Below, one piece after another: positions 9,098-19,586 of a stretch of DNA of 64,000 nucleotides. A model generated the notes under the pieces. The model did not search any database and was not told the DNA's origin. It worked only from the letters and a program-made list of their open reading frames with translations. Both the position numbers and the translations under genes were made by a program. Each line of letters opens with the position of its first letter. Positions within the stretch are counted from its first letter, which is position 1. Source of the stretch: a virus (taxonomy: Duplodnaviria; Caudoviricetes); IMG/VR virus record IMGVR_UViG_3300029288_005873, positions 128,001 through 192,000 of that record, one strand, 5' to 3'.

Positions 9098-9609
9098 TAG
9101 CTCAACCCTTTCCCACAGTCGGCATGTCCCGACCACTCCAGGCATCGATGTCCAGGTCCAGCTACCTCAACGTGGTATCGACATTTACCTTCTATAAAGT
9201 TTCCGCACCGATCGCAATTCAGAAACGTCAAAGGTTCCACCAATTCGATTTCATCTTCGCGAACAATGGTGGCTGTACATGTACGGTCAAATGCTACTGT
9301 CGGGACAGTATCTCGCTCGATTATTTCACCCGTTTCGGGATCAGTAATTTCTTCAGGATAATCGGTCTCAACCACCGTACCCAACTCACCAACTTCAGCA
9401 TGGACATAGTTGTGATAAAACTCACCAGTCTCATTATTGTGGAAAGTTTTCAGAGATCTATCTGGAGTGTCGCCACCGCCTTCGGTTATTACCTTGCAAG
9501 CTCGTACACGTACACCACGAATATATGGAAACTTCATTGCGACCTCCTTATTGGTGAACTCAAACATTATTGAACTATCTTTTCCACTTGAGGTTTGACG
9601 CCATCGCAA
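9097..9609 (-). CDS. Hypothetical protein with Cys-rich C-terminus
   Basis: ORF; real start probably near 9537 after AGGAGG. Confidence 0.6.
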   Translation of the reverse strand: MRWRQTSSGKDSSIMFEFTNKEVAMKFPYIRGVRVRACKVITEGGGDTPDRSLKTFHNNETGEFYHNYVHAEVGELGTVVETDYPEEITDPETGEIIERDTVPTVAFDRTCTATIVREDEIELVEPLTFLNCDRCGNFIEGKCRYHVEVAGPGHRCLEWSGHADCGKGLS

Positions 9610-9860
9610 TCAAATTTTACCACCGTAACGCCCCCCTCACCGCTTCTGAAAACGACAAAGCATAAATTGCGTTTAGCATCGGCAACCACCCATACGTGTA
9701 GTCGTGGACTGGAAAATATTGGATCTGACACATCACTATATTCCACAATGCGCATAGACGTCGTCGCTATAGGGGGAACGGACGGAGTTGATAGATTGCT
9801 ACTATTTCCATTACATCCAAGAACAAAAACGACTAGCAAACAGAGCAAAAATTTCATCAC
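9567..9860 (-). CDS. Putative lipoprotein
   Basis: MMKFLLCLLVVFVLGC lipobox-like signal. Confidence 0.65.
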   Translation of the reverse strand: MMKFLLCLLVVFVLGCNGNSSNLSTPSVPPIATTSMRIVEYSDVSDPIFSSPRLHVWVVADAKRNLCFVVFRSGEGGVTVVKFDCDGVKPQVEKIVQ

Positions 9861-10381
9861 TCCCTCCCAATCTGATCAAGCAGACCTCTTAGTTTCCCTT
9901 GTTTTTCCAATAGGGTCATGGCAGATTTTACCGTATCTGATAGAGTTACATACCTATCCACTCCATGAATACGTCCATAGTAATCCAATGAATCCATTTT
10001 CCATGCGTCCTCAGGAGCTCCAAACACCACCTTGCGCGGATCTCGGCAAATCCACATACCAAACTCGAGGTTTGTCGTTAGCCCAGGCAACTTATCTTCA
10101 GAACGCGGAATCCAGAACAAGATAACGCTGGCTTGAGCCAAATAACACCGTTCCCAGTCCATTTGCGCTTTGCCGTTCCAATTCCAGGCGTCCAATCCAG
10201 CTGCTGGCTCTGGAACGAAAATCCATCCCTTGTGTCCCATGGATTCGAACAATCTGATCGCCTCTTGTCGCCAACTTAGCACGCTTGAGTCTCTTGGAGT
10301 TGGTCCGGCTAAGAATACTGACGGCCAAAGAGTATCATGTGTCATCGGAGTACGATAGTCGATCGAGTAGAGAACTTTCAT
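9857..10381 (-). CDS. Nucleoside 2-deoxyribosyltransferase-like protein
   Basis: VFLAGP, SWRQEA, WE, FWIPR, TTNLEFG. Confidence 0.85.
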   Translation of the reverse strand: MKVLYSIDYRTPMTHDTLWPSVFLAGPTPRDSSVLSWRQEAIRLFESMGHKGWIFVPEPAAGLDAWNWNGKAQMDWERCYLAQASVILFWIPRSEDKLPGLTTNLEFGMWICRDPRKVVFGAPEDAWKMDSLDYYGRIHGVDRYVTLSDTVKSAMTLLEKQGKLRGLLDQIGRE

Positions 10382-10608
10382 ATTACACCCTTTGGTTTTT
10401 CGGTCTCGTAGAATTTGGCACACTGTTTACATGCTGTGACATTTCGTTTAGCAAAATATCCTCTCCCCAGGAGGATACCAGGAGGCCGTTTTCTTCCACC
10501 AAGAATCCTGCTTCCATCCGTGTAGTTTCAGGATCATGCCAACCATAGTCAATCTTGGAGATTTACTATGCCTTACTGCCATTACAACTTTATGTAGGAA
10601 TTTATTCA

Positions 10609-12294
10609 TCATTTCCTCGTGGACAGTTTATACAACTTGCTGCCTTGGGCAAACAACACATTTGTGCCGCATCGGCAAAGCATTCTTCCGCTTGGTACGG
10701 CAGGATCATCTATTATCTTTGTTTGGGATCCACCAGGCTTATTCTGGAATAGTTCAAGTCGCTCCTCTTCATCAATATGGGCGCAAATTCCAGATTCAAG
10801 TACGGTGAAGTTAAGACCTGTGTAGGACGCAATGTCCTTTGCCTCGCGAACAACATAGCTTGAGAAATCCGTTTGTAGGACAAACACCCACCTGCGATAG
10901 GATCCCTTTTTTGTTCCAACGGTCATAAGAATGCCATTGTCATATTTGGCATCAACCAGTTTCCATCCATCAAGTTCTTTTAGATGGAACTGGTAGCTTC
11001 TCCCCGGCAATGGAAATACCGAAGCATACCATGCCCCAAGCATATCTTGGACAACCACTCCGTCCAATACCATAGTGGCACTAGGCATCACATTTGCCAC
11101 TGGTTTCGCTGAAGCTTTGGAGGATCCATCCGGCATTCCAAGAAAAGAGATTTCGTATACATGGTCGCCAGATTTGAAATAGATCCTTCCATCATGAGCC
11201 ATCATTGATTCGGCTTTCATATGTAGATCTATTGATTTGTTTAGCTGTAGATCTCGCAGTTCAACCTTTCCTCCAGTAACCTCTGCAACAATCACTTGCT
11301 GTCTGGGACCCAAGCCGACGTGTGCCGAAGGCTTGATCCCCTTAAATAGTGTCCTATCCATTTGTAAACCATCAGCAGTGAACGCTAATCTGTGAGGACC
11401 AAGAGCTAGGAAACGAATAACATCTCGTTCAAACGACAAAAATTCAGCTATAGAGATCTGTCCAGATCCAGCTAGAATCTGCGTCTTTGGTGCTATGGCT
11501 GCAGAAATCCCAACGGCATCAGGGGGCAGGATTCTTTTCCCATCCTCAAGAACCGCTTTGTACCAAGCGCGAAGGCGATCGGGTATAGAATCCAATGGTG
11601 GACACATCTTTGGAATTGTGACCCCGTTGTTGAACACCGAAAGCCCCGCCCTCATACGCTCAACCATTCCTTTTACATTAGGATGAGTCCCCTTATATGG
11701 ATGTATTCCCATCCATAGCTGGAAAGTAACGACAGCAAATGAAAACCAGTCTGTCAGATCTGAGAAAGACTTAGCGTTCCAATCGCGGACGCTGTCCATG
11801 ATTGCTGTTGCTGGAAAACTCGGAGTCTGCCAGCTATCTACATCAATCCATGATACTTTCCTGAAAGACTTATCCGCTAGGAGGTTCATCTCATTCAGAT
11901 CTACAACCAGAATGTCTTTCTCATGAACATGAACAAGAACTTCTTGCATATTCCGAACCATGTCGGTAATCATGTCGATCGAAACACCATTGCGTTGTTT
12001 GAATGCTAGCGTAAAAACTTGACATAGTGCCGTAGCATTATCTACAAATCGCATCGAACATCCAACTGGTACTCCGCGCTCATCGAGCAGCACATCTTCT
12101 GGTCGCATTACCTCGGGACGCGAAATCTTAGCAAGCTCCTCGACTTTAGCTAAGGGAATCATATGAAGCCGATCGGTATAGATCTTGTATGAGATGCCAT
12201 CCTTAACATATACAGAAGCCTCACCACCTTGTGCTAGAAAATGACGTTTAGACAGCTCAACTGTTGTACCTTTGTTTTTGAGCCTGACTTTCAT
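10609..12294 (-). CDS. Ser/Thr protein kinase, YegI/TerY-P type, with beta-rich C-terminal domain
   Basis: AQGGEASVY, YKIY, VVDLNEMNLL, IDVDS, DWFSFAVVTFQLWMGIHPYKG. Confidence 0.85.
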   Translation of the reverse strand: MKVRLKNKGTTVELSKRHFLAQGGEASVYVKDGISYKIYTDRLHMIPLAKVEELAKISRPEVMRPEDVLLDERGVPVGCSMRFVDNATALCQVFTLAFKQRNGVSIDMITDMVRNMQEVLVHVHEKDILVVDLNEMNLLADKSFRKVSWIDVDSWQTPSFPATAIMDSVRDWNAKSFSDLTDWFSFAVVTFQLWMGIHPYKGTHPNVKGMVERMRAGLSVFNNGVTIPKMCPPLDSIPDRLRAWYKAVLEDGKRILPPDAVGISAAIAPKTQILAGSGQISIAEFLSFERDVIRFLALGPHRLAFTADGLQMDRTLFKGIKPSAHVGLGPRQQVIVAEVTGGKVELRDLQLNKSIDLHMKAESMMAHDGRIYFKSGDHVYEISFLGMPDGSSKASAKPVANVMPSATMVLDGVVVQDMLGAWYASVFPLPGRSYQFHLKELDGWKLVDAKYDNGILMTVGTKKGSYRRWVFVLQTDFSSYVVREAKDIASYTGLNFTVLESGICAHIDEEERLELFQNKPGGSQTKIIDDPAVPSGRMLCRCGTNVLFAQGSKLYKLSTRK

Positions 12295-12617
12295 TTCTCT
12301 TCCTTAAACACAAGCTCAAGTCTTGGTTTTGTAAAGAAAGGACACCACTTCGGCGGCATTTTACGCAAAAGTATATGACGACCTTTAACAGCTGGATGAT
12401 TACAGTCAAAGCATCCATCATGGGCAAAGAGCAAAGGACAATTTTTACATGATGAAATTGTTTCTTTATATGTTTTTTTACTCAACTTGGCAACCTTAGC
12501 AGCTCTAGATCTCTTTTCCTCGTCTTTACCCTCCTGCTTCAATGCTTCATCGCGCCTTCGCACAGAGCATATCATACAGAAGTTTGGATCGGTACAATGT
12601 TCACATTCTCCAAACAT
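12291..12617 (-). CDS. Cys-rich hypothetical protein
   Basis: CxxC pairs, PPKWCP. Confidence 0.6.
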   Translation of the reverse strand: MFGECEHCTDPNFCMICSVRRRDEALKQEGKDEEKRSRAAKVAKLSKKTYKETISSCKNCPLLFAHDGCFDCNHPAVKGRHILLRKMPPKWCPFFTKPRLELVFKEEK

Positions 12618-12620
12618 AGT

Positions 12621-12917
12621 TCACCCCAAGTCAGAAATCTTGTATGTGTCAATTCCAAATACTGAGAAAAACTCAAGATTTGACAGATGACACCATGTAA
12701 AATAACCGTCCTCCAACCACATAACTGCTACCGTATTTTCCTTTGGACGGCATGGAAGCTTTTCACCCTCTAGCCACCCAACAGCATGTCTGCGCAATTC
12801 TTCTGAGCTGCGGACAATATCACCAGTGCGGCACGCCCTACCTAATGCGGCAAATAATCCAAAGCGTCGCCATCGACTCCATGAGAAACTATCCCTCGGA
12901 AGTCTTGGAAGGTCCAT
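12621..12917 (-). CDS. Hypothetical protein
   Basis: ORF (open to 13052); start chosen to minimise overlap. Confidence 0.55.
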   Translation of the reverse strand: MDLPRLPRDSFSWSRWRRFGLFAALGRACRTGDIVRSSEELRRHAVGWLEGEKLPCRPKENTVAVMWLEDGYFTWCHLSNLEFFSVFGIDTYKISDLG

Positions 12918-13875
12918 GTAGATCTTCCCATTTATTATTGTAGTCAACAACACAGTCGATACAGTTTCCTTTACAAATTGGATCGTTATAAGTATCATGC
13001 GCATTAAACCACTCCAGTCTAGCCCTGCGCATAGATTCATCCATAGAACCAATAGGTTTGCCCTGCTCTCGCAGGTATATGATACAAGGAAAATGAAAAC
13101 TTCCAGCTACAGCTACATCGTCCAAAGCAATAGGACACCGTCTAGAGTCTTCTGATCCTATTCCCCTTATGTTTCTTCCAGATAACATATTTCCTATCCT
13201 ATACTTTAGAATAGGATATTTGTCCATAATATTTTGTGGTAGTTTAACCAGGCTTCCAACTGCCTTGTTCCATTGCGCCGAAGGAATGACCCTTATATCA
13301 TCGGGTCCAAGGCTGTCAATAAATAGAACAGTCTCCATTGCTGTTCCGGCATTAGCTTCTGTGAATACTGTTCCCACACTTACATAGGTAAGTTTTGCCA
13401 ATTCTTTTATTGTCTTGGCAGCTTTCTTCCAGGCACCAGGAACACCAGACATCACGTCTCCGACAGAGCAACAGCCAGCATCAAGAGATATAGAGAAGTC
13501 ATTCACCCCTAGTTTTATAAGCTTCATGTACCTACTAATCGACATGGTTCCATTTGTTGAGATAGCCACATGCTCCGCTCCGAAGTCCTTGGCAATCTTT
13601 ACAAACTCGCCAATGTTCGGGTGGAGCATCGGCTCTCCGCCGCTAAACCTGACGTTTCTCATACCCTCGTTAGCCCATATGGCAAGAGTTTTTTCTGCCG
13701 ACTTCAGATCCATGTCTTTATCAAATCCGTTCGGCAAGCCTCGACAATACGGACACCTAAGATTACAGCGCCCTGTGATAACCATTTCGCATCGATAAAG
13801 AGGAGATTTCCACGATGCCTTCATTACACGGCTATCTGATAGTGTATAGAATCCAATGGATTCAAGCGGTTTCAT
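12889..13875 (-). CDS. Radical SAM protein (MoaA-like core, C-terminal Cys cluster)
   Basis: CNLRCPYC, SGGEP, STNGT, ISLD; CxxxCxxC near the C-terminus. Confidence 0.9.
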   Translation of the reverse strand: MKPLESIGFYTLSDSRVMKASWKSPLYRCEMVITGRCNLRCPYCRGLPNGFDKDMDLKSAEKTLAIWANEGMRNVRFSGGEPMLHPNIGEFVKIAKDFGAEHVAISTNGTMSISRYMKLIKLGVNDFSISLDAGCCSVGDVMSGVPGAWKKAAKTIKELAKLTYVSVGTVFTEANAGTAMETVLFIDSLGPDDIRVIPSAQWNKAVGSLVKLPQNIMDKYPILKYRIGNMLSGRNIRGIGSEDSRRCPIALDDVAVAGSFHFPCIIYLREQGKPIGSMDESMRRARLEWFNAHDTYNDPICKGNCIDCVVDYNNKWEDLHGPSKTSEG

Positions 13876-14551
13876 CCTTGCCCTCCAGTGGCAAAAGCTC
13901 AAACTGATCTGGGATAATCTTAATTTTATCAGGATAAAAAATCAGATTTTGGGCAAAGCAGTTAGGACATTCGCCGGCATAATATCCGCCAAGAACTCCT
14001 GGGAGTTTACCCAGCTGGTCTTCTCTTCCTTCCCACCCACACTCGGTACAATGGAATTTCTGAAACCACTTCCATAAGGGCGAATGACCAGTAATCTCTT
14101 CCGGGATCTCAGCCTTTACTCCCTCTAGACGAGCTGCGAGTTTTGAACGAACAGCATCCCAAAACTCTAAACAACATCCAAGGGTAGCGTATCCATTGAT
14201 TGTGATACATCTATGAGCAAGATCTACCCCAGTCATGGTCAGTGGTTTTTCAAAATTCAATTCCCCTTTGCGATGATATCTTCCACTTCTTTTGTGCTTG
14301 GCGTAGCCAGCAGATTTTCCAGAGTAGTCGCATCGGTGAATGGATATGTATTTGAATACAAGTCTGCCTTTTGTTTCTGCTTCCCGCACAACCTCGGCTA
14401 TAAATCGTGCTTCAGAGGCATTGTTAACAACCGTCTCCAACGACTTGGCTTCCTTTGCCTCATTCACCTCAGCCTGTACTTCAGGTCTTACTTTTCCATC
14501 CAGTTGGATAAGTTCGTCTGCCGTAAGCTTTACGGAATAATATTCCTTCAT
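13862..14551 (-). CDS. Zn-ribbon hypothetical protein
   Basis: CTECGW...CPNC. Confidence 0.65.
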   Translation of the reverse strand: MKEYYSVKLTADELIQLDGKVRPEVQAEVNEAKEAKSLETVVNNASEARFIAEVVREAETKGRLVFKYISIHRCDYSGKSAGYAKHKRSGRYHRKGELNFEKPLTMTGVDLAHRCITINGYATLGCCLEFWDAVRSKLAARLEGVKAEIPEEITGHSPLWKWFQKFHCTECGWEGREDQLGKLPGVLGGYYAGECPNCFAQNLIFYPDKIKIIPDQFELLPLEGKDETA

Positions 14552-14553
14552 TT

Positions 14554-15375
14554 CTATTCAACGCTCCCTGGAGGCGGAACGCCTCCTTCCTCAAGTATCT
14601 CAGACAGTATAAGCAAAGAACGGACACTTGCTGATGACAGAAAACGTAGAATCTCTTCATGCGAGGCTGCCCTACATTGGTTGAAATTATCCGAGATGCT
14701 TCCCAATGTACCATCTGATTTCATGACAGTATACTTGTCGAACACATTACTACCAAAACCATGGACGCCATCAACAACAAAGCATATATCGCCCTCTTCA
14801 ATTCTGTGTCCAGAAACAGCTGGGACAAGAAATGTACCAGCAGGAAAACTGGTTTCTTCTTTGTCATTTGCTAGTATACTACAAAGTTCGGCAACTTTCT
14901 CAGAAGAAATTTTCACACCATATGGTGCGAGGAACTTATCAACCTTGTCTACGATGACGGGTTCAACATATCTATGGGAAGAAAGTGATACTAGATAATT
15001 CAACCTCAAAGCTAACCATTCCCTAAGCTCATACTTTATGGCTGGGAGAACGCGATGATATCCTACCGCTCTCCTAACCTCATTCGCCAATTCAACAACG
15101 TCCTTATCCTCAAACAGAACAGGAGGACAATTAACGAATGCGGATTTATCTAGATCAAGCATCATGTGCCAACGCGGAGGATTCCATGAAGGACATGTCA
15201 TATGAAGTGTGGCAACAGGAGATCGAAGATATCTACATATCTTTGGAATCCTCCAAACAATCTTTCCTCCGCAGGGTGTCTTGCCAACTAGATATAAGTC
15301 CGTCAAGACTTCAAAATTGTTTACCATGACACTGTACCAATATGGAATGTCACAACTTTTCCACATCCTGGGCAA
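14554..15375 (-). CDS. Hypothetical protein
   Basis: Long ORF; start uncertain. Confidence 0.6.
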   Translation of the reverse strand: MPRMWKSCDIPYWYSVMVNNFEVLTDLYLVGKTPCGGKIVWRIPKICRYLRSPVATLHMTCPSWNPPRWHMMLDLDKSAFVNCPPVLFEDKDVVELANEVRRAVGYHRVLPAIKYELREWLALRLNYLVSLSSHRYVEPVIVDKVDKFLAPYGVKISSEKVAELCSILANDKEETSFPAGTFLVPAVSGHRIEEGDICFVVDGVHGFGSNVFDKYTVMKSDGTLGSISDNFNQCRAASHEEILRFLSSASVRSLLILSEILEEGGVPPPGSVE

Positions 15376-15485
15376 GTGTGTTTATACGTACCTGGCTGAA
15401 GGGCAATGTGACCTGGAGGGTTATGTTCTGGGTGAAAACACAAAGATCTAGTCCACTTGATCTCTCTGATTTTTTTGATCCTCAT
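15321..15485 (-). CDS. Small Zn-binding protein (CxHPEHNPP...CPGCG)
   Basis: ATG overlaps upstream stop; Cys/His motif. Confidence 0.6.
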   Translation of the reverse strand: MRIKKIREIKWTRSLCFHPEHNPPGHIALQPGTYKHTCPGCGKVVTFHIGTVSW

Positions 15486-16210
15486 TTTTCTTTCCTTTTG
15501 CCGGTAGGTTTGGTTGTATCTAAATATGATCCCATAATCGAAGAAATAGCTTCTAGGCACCCATCTCGTTCCACCAATAGTTCTTTGACCAACTCAGAAT
15601 TCTCAGCTTCCGCAAGTGCCATAAGCCTATCGGCGGCAATCATATGTATGATGGATTGTCGCTCATCATTAGGTCCATCACCAGGCTGCCAACCGTATCC
15701 TATGGCGCCCCTTACCAGAGTTTCAACAATGACCCGTTCCGCTTCCTGTTCCCAATGAGATAATGGTCTTTTGTTGATCTTTCTCCCACGACACGGCTCC
15801 TCTTTCAACAACCTTCCCGCAAGACGATTGGAGACTTTTTTATCATATGGATAAGGCGTCTGAACAAATAATTTGGTGGCAAGATTCATTTTCTCCTTGC
15901 GCTTAAATCCACCCATCCAATGTTGCGATTCAAGATGTACCTCGACAATCGGCCACAATCCAATATCCTCGAAGGCAACCGCATAGAGGGCATGCCCCAT
16001 AGCGAAACACGGATGAAGCTCAAAAACTGTTGGCTTTTTCTTCTTATCCACTCTTTTCTCTCCAAACAAAGTTTTGGACAGTTTGACTGCCTCGGCAGCT
16101 TCCGATATTAAACGCCTGTGGTAACGGCGCAAAGTGCGGTCAGCTTCCTTACATATTTGTAAGTCACTCTGGCGATTTGCCATTAGACTATTCCTCCAGA
16201 AACTTATCAA
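15482..16210 (-). CDS. Hypothetical protein
   Basis: ORF; GGAGG before the MANRQ start. Confidence 0.65.
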   Translation of the reverse strand: MISFWRNSLMANRQSDLQICKEADRTLRRYHRRLISEAAEAVKLSKTLFGEKRVDKKKKPTVFELHPCFAMGHALYAVAFEDIGLWPIVEVHLESQHWMGGFKRKEKMNLATKLFVQTPYPYDKKVSNRLAGRLLKEEPCRGRKINKRPLSHWEQEAERVIVETLVRGAIGYGWQPGDGPNDERQSIIHMIAADRLMALAEAENSELVKELLVERDGCLEAISSIMGSYLDTTKPTGKRKEK

Positions 16211-16586
16211 GCATAAGGGTGAGATTCAGATTTTTCAAATATCCACATTGGCAGCTTTTTGGCTTATCCAGGTCAATAAGGAACCAGCCGTCATCTTTGG
16301 GATCTTGCTCAATAGAAAAGCCAATTCTTCTGCGCTTTCCTAGTGACCATTCGATGATGACCGCACCAAAGTCATCTTGGCTTGCCATCATTGGACAAGC
16401 TTCAGTTGGCAGTTTTTTACACGACATCAGAGAAACCTGAAGTGCGTCAAGAAGTTTGGACAGTCTTTCTGGAACTGATGATAGCCTCTTAGATAACCTG
16501 TCCACATTTTCTAGGATAACACCTATTGACTGACCTATCTGCTGAATATCCATTCTAAACTCCAATGATATATCAATTACTACCAA
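16188..16586 (-). CDS. Hypothetical protein
   Basis: ORF in gene run. Confidence 0.55.
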   Translation of the reverse strand: MVVIDISLEFRMDIQQIGQSIGVILENVDRLSKRLSSVPERLSKLLDALQVSLMSCKKLPTEACPMMASQDDFGAVIIEWSLGKRRRIGFSIEQDPKDDGWFLIDLDKPKSCQCGYLKNLNLTLMLDKFLEE

Positions 16587-16603
16587 ATGGAAAATATTAA
16601 TTA

Positions 16604-16945
16604 CTAAAATTTATCCCCCGGAAAAACCGGTCTGTCTACAGACTCCTGACGCAAGTGTGTTGTTATTTCAACATAGCCACAAGTCTTACAGATGCGTTTC
16701 CATCTCTTCTCGGTATGCGGAGGAATATCGCATGGTAGACGACGGTCAACACCCATTGTTCCTGGTGGATCGCCGGGGTCGTGATATCCAGAATGGTGAA
16801 TTGGGTCATAAATAGGATCACTCCAATTGTGGCGACAATTCTTCTCTATTTTAGAGATTGCCGCACGGAGTCTGGCAACTTCCTTTTCCGCCTCGGCAAG
16901 CTCAGCCAGCATGTTTTGACGTTCAAGATAGACAAGAGATGGCAT
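16604..16945 (-). CDS. Hypothetical protein (coiled coil plus CxxC)
   Basis: GGAGG RBS; CRHNW...CKTCG. Confidence 0.7.
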   Translation of the reverse strand: MPSLVYLERQNMLAELAEAEKEVARLRAAISKIEKNCRHNWSDPIYDPIHHSGYHDPGDPPGTMGVDRRLPCDIPPHTEKRWKRICKTCGYVEITTHLRQESVDRPVFPGDKF

Positions 16946-16956
16946 TATTCCTCCAA

Positions 16957-17817
16957 TCAGGAAACTTCACTGAAGTGGATCGCTGCGATTGAAATATCGT
17001 CGTGGTGTTCCCACCCCTTGACTGCGGCATCCTTCAAGAAAGCATTAAGCCGCCTCTGTACAAATCGTCCACTGTGAAGTCTAAAATTCATAAGGCTTTC
17101 AAGTACTTCGCTCAATGGAACTACTTCGTTTGCTCCATTCTTGCTTCGCCTGTAGAACGACTTTACGCCATCAGACATTACGGCAGCAAGCTCAAGCTTT
17201 GCTACGCCTTGTTTAATTTGATGTATCTCGCCATATCCATTGTGTGGATCAAATCCGCGCTCTTGGTAATTTTCAAGTTTTCCATCAAGCCAACTCATAT
17301 CGCGCACAAGTTTATTTGCTTTGGTATCTACCCATACAGAATCATATTTATTTCGTCGCTCTTTGTCGAAACGATATGATAGGTAATCTGGATAACCATT
17401 CGTCAACTCGATGTCTAGGCACTTAGTGCTTCCATGTTCCCATTTCAGAAATAGAACGCCATCTCCAAATGCTGACAAACAAACATATTCTCCATCACAC
17501 ATAATGGAAAGTAGAGTGGCATCCAATACTTCTGGAGATAAACCAAGACCATTAGCTGAAGTTCTCGCGCTACACATGGTCATCATTCCGATTTCTTCTG
17601 GAGAGGATGTCTTCAGATTCCATCCAGTCTCAAGCATGGCGCGGAAAGATTGCCTTGCGGAAAGAACCATCAGCCTAGCTCCGATGTCTGAGTCTGGGCT
17701 AGATGAGCATCCATCCGATACCCAAGCCTTTCCCCATTCACCATCAACCTCCGCTTTTGCATAATCTTGGCATACTTCGTGACGTTTTCCTATAGCGAAT
17801 GCGCTGTCTGCGTTCAT
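16957..17817 (-). CDS. PP2C-family protein phosphatase (YegK/TerY-P type)
   Basis: GKRHEVCQDYA, VSDGCSSS, ATLL, FGDG, MSDG, HDDISI. Confidence 0.88.
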   Translation of the reverse strand: MNADSAFAIGKRHEVCQDYAKAEVDGEWGKAWVSDGCSSSPDSDIGARLMVLSARQSFRAMLETGWNLKTSSPEEIGMMTMCSARTSANGLGLSPEVLDATLLSIMCDGEYVCLSAFGDGVLFLKWEHGSTKCLDIELTNGYPDYLSYRFDKERRNKYDSVWVDTKANKLVRDMSWLDGKLENYQERGFDPHNGYGEIHQIKQGVAKLELAAVMSDGVKSFYRRSKNGANEVVPLSEVLESLMNFRLHSGRFVQRRLNAFLKDAAVKGWEHHDDISIAAIHFSEVS

Positions 17818-18185
17818 GGATTTAGCTCCATCTTTACCTGTTCGCCCATATTGTCTACCAGCATTTTCAACTGATCCATCTTCCAATTACCACTTAGATT
17901 AATGCGCACCTGTGCGTCTTCTAGCAAATTCTTAAGCATTCTTGGTAGTTTGTGAGCATCCATCCAAGCACACATGTTCGCTTTAATTAGGCTCTGTTCG
18001 CTTCCAGAACTTGCAAGAACCCATTCACCCCAACGTGGTAAGTAGACTCTTGCACACATGATAACCTCATATGTTCTATCAGCAGGTATTGTAGTTCCAC
18101 TGACTGCGGCAGCGCAAATACGACAAACAATGTCGAACAGGTTATCACATGTAAAAAATGGAACTGTCACATAATTTATATCCAT
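17814..18185 (-). CDS. Hypothetical protein
   Basis: ORF coupled to PP2C start (ATGA). Confidence 0.55.
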   Translation of the reverse strand: MDINYVTVPFFTCDNLFDIVCRICAAAVSGTTIPADRTYEVIMCARVYLPRWGEWVLASSGSEQSLIKANMCAWMDAHKLPRMLKNLLEDAQVRINLSGNWKMDQLKMLVDNMGEQVKMELNP

Positions 18186-18188
18186 TGA

Positions 18189-18371
18189 TCACCTGTAAGG
18201 ACCAGAAGACACTTCACGTTCCATGGTCCAGCACCAACTTCTTACTATTTGATTGCCAGCAGCAGCGCAAAAAACTACACGGAATCCTTCAGCAGCCCAT
18301 TGGGCTATCTGTTTTGCTGCTTCAGGAGAGTTCTCCGACCCCCATACGATTTTATATTCGTAATGATTCAT
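18189..18371 (-). CDS. Small hypothetical protein (YEYKIV...GFRVV)
   Basis: Short ORF, DUF4177-like pattern. Confidence 0.55.
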   Translation of the reverse strand: MNHYEYKIVWGSENSPEAAKQIAQWAAEGFRVVFCAAAGNQIVRSWCWTMEREVSSGPYR

Positions 18372-18379
18372 AGCCCACC

Positions 18380-18754
18380 CTAATTCAGAAAGTCTTTCGA
18401 TACATCGCGTCTCATGACGCGCTTCCTCTCCATCAAAATGCGTTCAAGCATCTCTCCATCCTCCTTGTTTAGGATGGGTAACCCGAAGCGTTCTACCAAC
18501 GCATCACTATATACAAGTAATAGTTCATTATCTGTAGACATGAAACTATCACTATTGAAGTCGTTTTCCTCCCAATGAGCAAGCGCAGAGGCATAAGCAT
18601 GCATTGCTGTCACATTCTCCATGTCAAAATGTAACGCGCCTCTTTCCTTCCAGTCTAGAATGCTATCAAGGAACTCCTCGATCTCGGACATCTTATCCAA
18701 AGATTTTCTATCCATTGTATTCTCCGTTAATCCAGTCCCTTGAGGATCATCCAA
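18380..18754 (-). CDS. Hypothetical protein
   Basis: ORF in gene run. Confidence 0.6.
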   Translation of the reverse strand: MDDPQGTGLTENTMDRKSLDKMSEIEEFLDSILDWKERGALHFDMENVTAMHAYASALAHWEENDFNSDSFMSTDNELLLVYSDALVERFGLPILNKEDGEMLERILMERKRVMRRDVSKDFLN

Positions 18755-18993
18755 TTTCTATAATTTTTGAGTGCCTTCCTAAACCTTGGGCAAAAAATAT
18801 ACACCCAGTCGACCGAATGAATGCGATCATAGTAAGTGGCACGAGTCCTGCCAAGCTCAACAGATCCCACTCTTATCCAGAAAAGTCCAGTCAGATAGAA
18901 CCCCAATGTTCTTTGACCATGTTTGAGAACCCATCCAGACCTTTCTTCTCTTTTGTTATAATAAACAACCATCCGATATTTGTTTTTATCCAA
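18727..18993 (-). CDS. Hypothetical protein
   Basis: ORF in gene run. Confidence 0.45.
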   Translation of the reverse strand: MDKNKYRMVVYYNKREERSGWVLKHGQRTLGFYLTGLFWIRVGSVELGRTRATYYDRIHSVDWVYIFCPRFRKALKNYRNWMILKGLD

Positions 18994-19157
18994 TCTTGTG
19001 GATTCGATATAATAGATGCCTTTAGGCGCTCAAACATATTCTTCTTTGATGGAAGGGAGGACTAGGAACATTTGTCGAAACCGGCTCCAGCGTCTCTAGA
19101 CGCTCTAAAGCGGCAGCAAGATTATCGCGGTATGCGTCTGGCTTTTGTATAATTGGT

Positions 19158-19586
19158 TTATAGGAGATTTTCATGATTATCTATTACCTCACAAGCTGCC
19201 TGAGGCGGATTGTTCTTAACAAGGATGTAGTGCTCTGAATCGGGAATTTGAAAATCCCTATCACCCGTTAGTGTTCCATCCTCGATTTCCGAGATACTCT
19301 TTAGAACTCTTGGTGTTCCAAGCCATGCAAATACCCAACCCGCTTCGTCGGATTTATTCCACATAAGATCTCCAATAGAATCGCGATTCCTCTTTACTTT
19401 CTGAAGGACCGCCAAGGCTTCTTTGGAGATCTCCAAATGCTTTTTTGAATGTAGAAGAACACATCCGATTTTCCCATTGCCAGCTGGTATCCAATCCTTA
19501 TGCTCTAGGTCTACTGGTCCGGTAATCACAAGATACCTTTTGTAGGTATGGACACTAACAAGTGGTTCTATGTTTTTTGACATCAC
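19158..19586 (-). CDS. Hypothetical protein
   Basis: ORF overlapping upstream stop. Confidence 0.65.
   Translation of the reverse strand: MMSKNIEPLVSVHTYKRYLVITGPVDLEHKDWIPAGNGKIGCVLLHSKKHLEISKEALAVLQKVKRNRDSIGDLMWNKSDEAGWVFAWLGTPRVLKSISEIEDGTLTGDRDFQIPDSEHYILVKNNPPQAACEVIDNHENLL

Noticed and set aside
14213-14998. Long plus-strand ORFs (also 34819-35442, 37112-37735, 22271-22864, 59375-59884)
   Set aside because: They overlap credible minus-strand genes, have no motifs and show antisense-like composition
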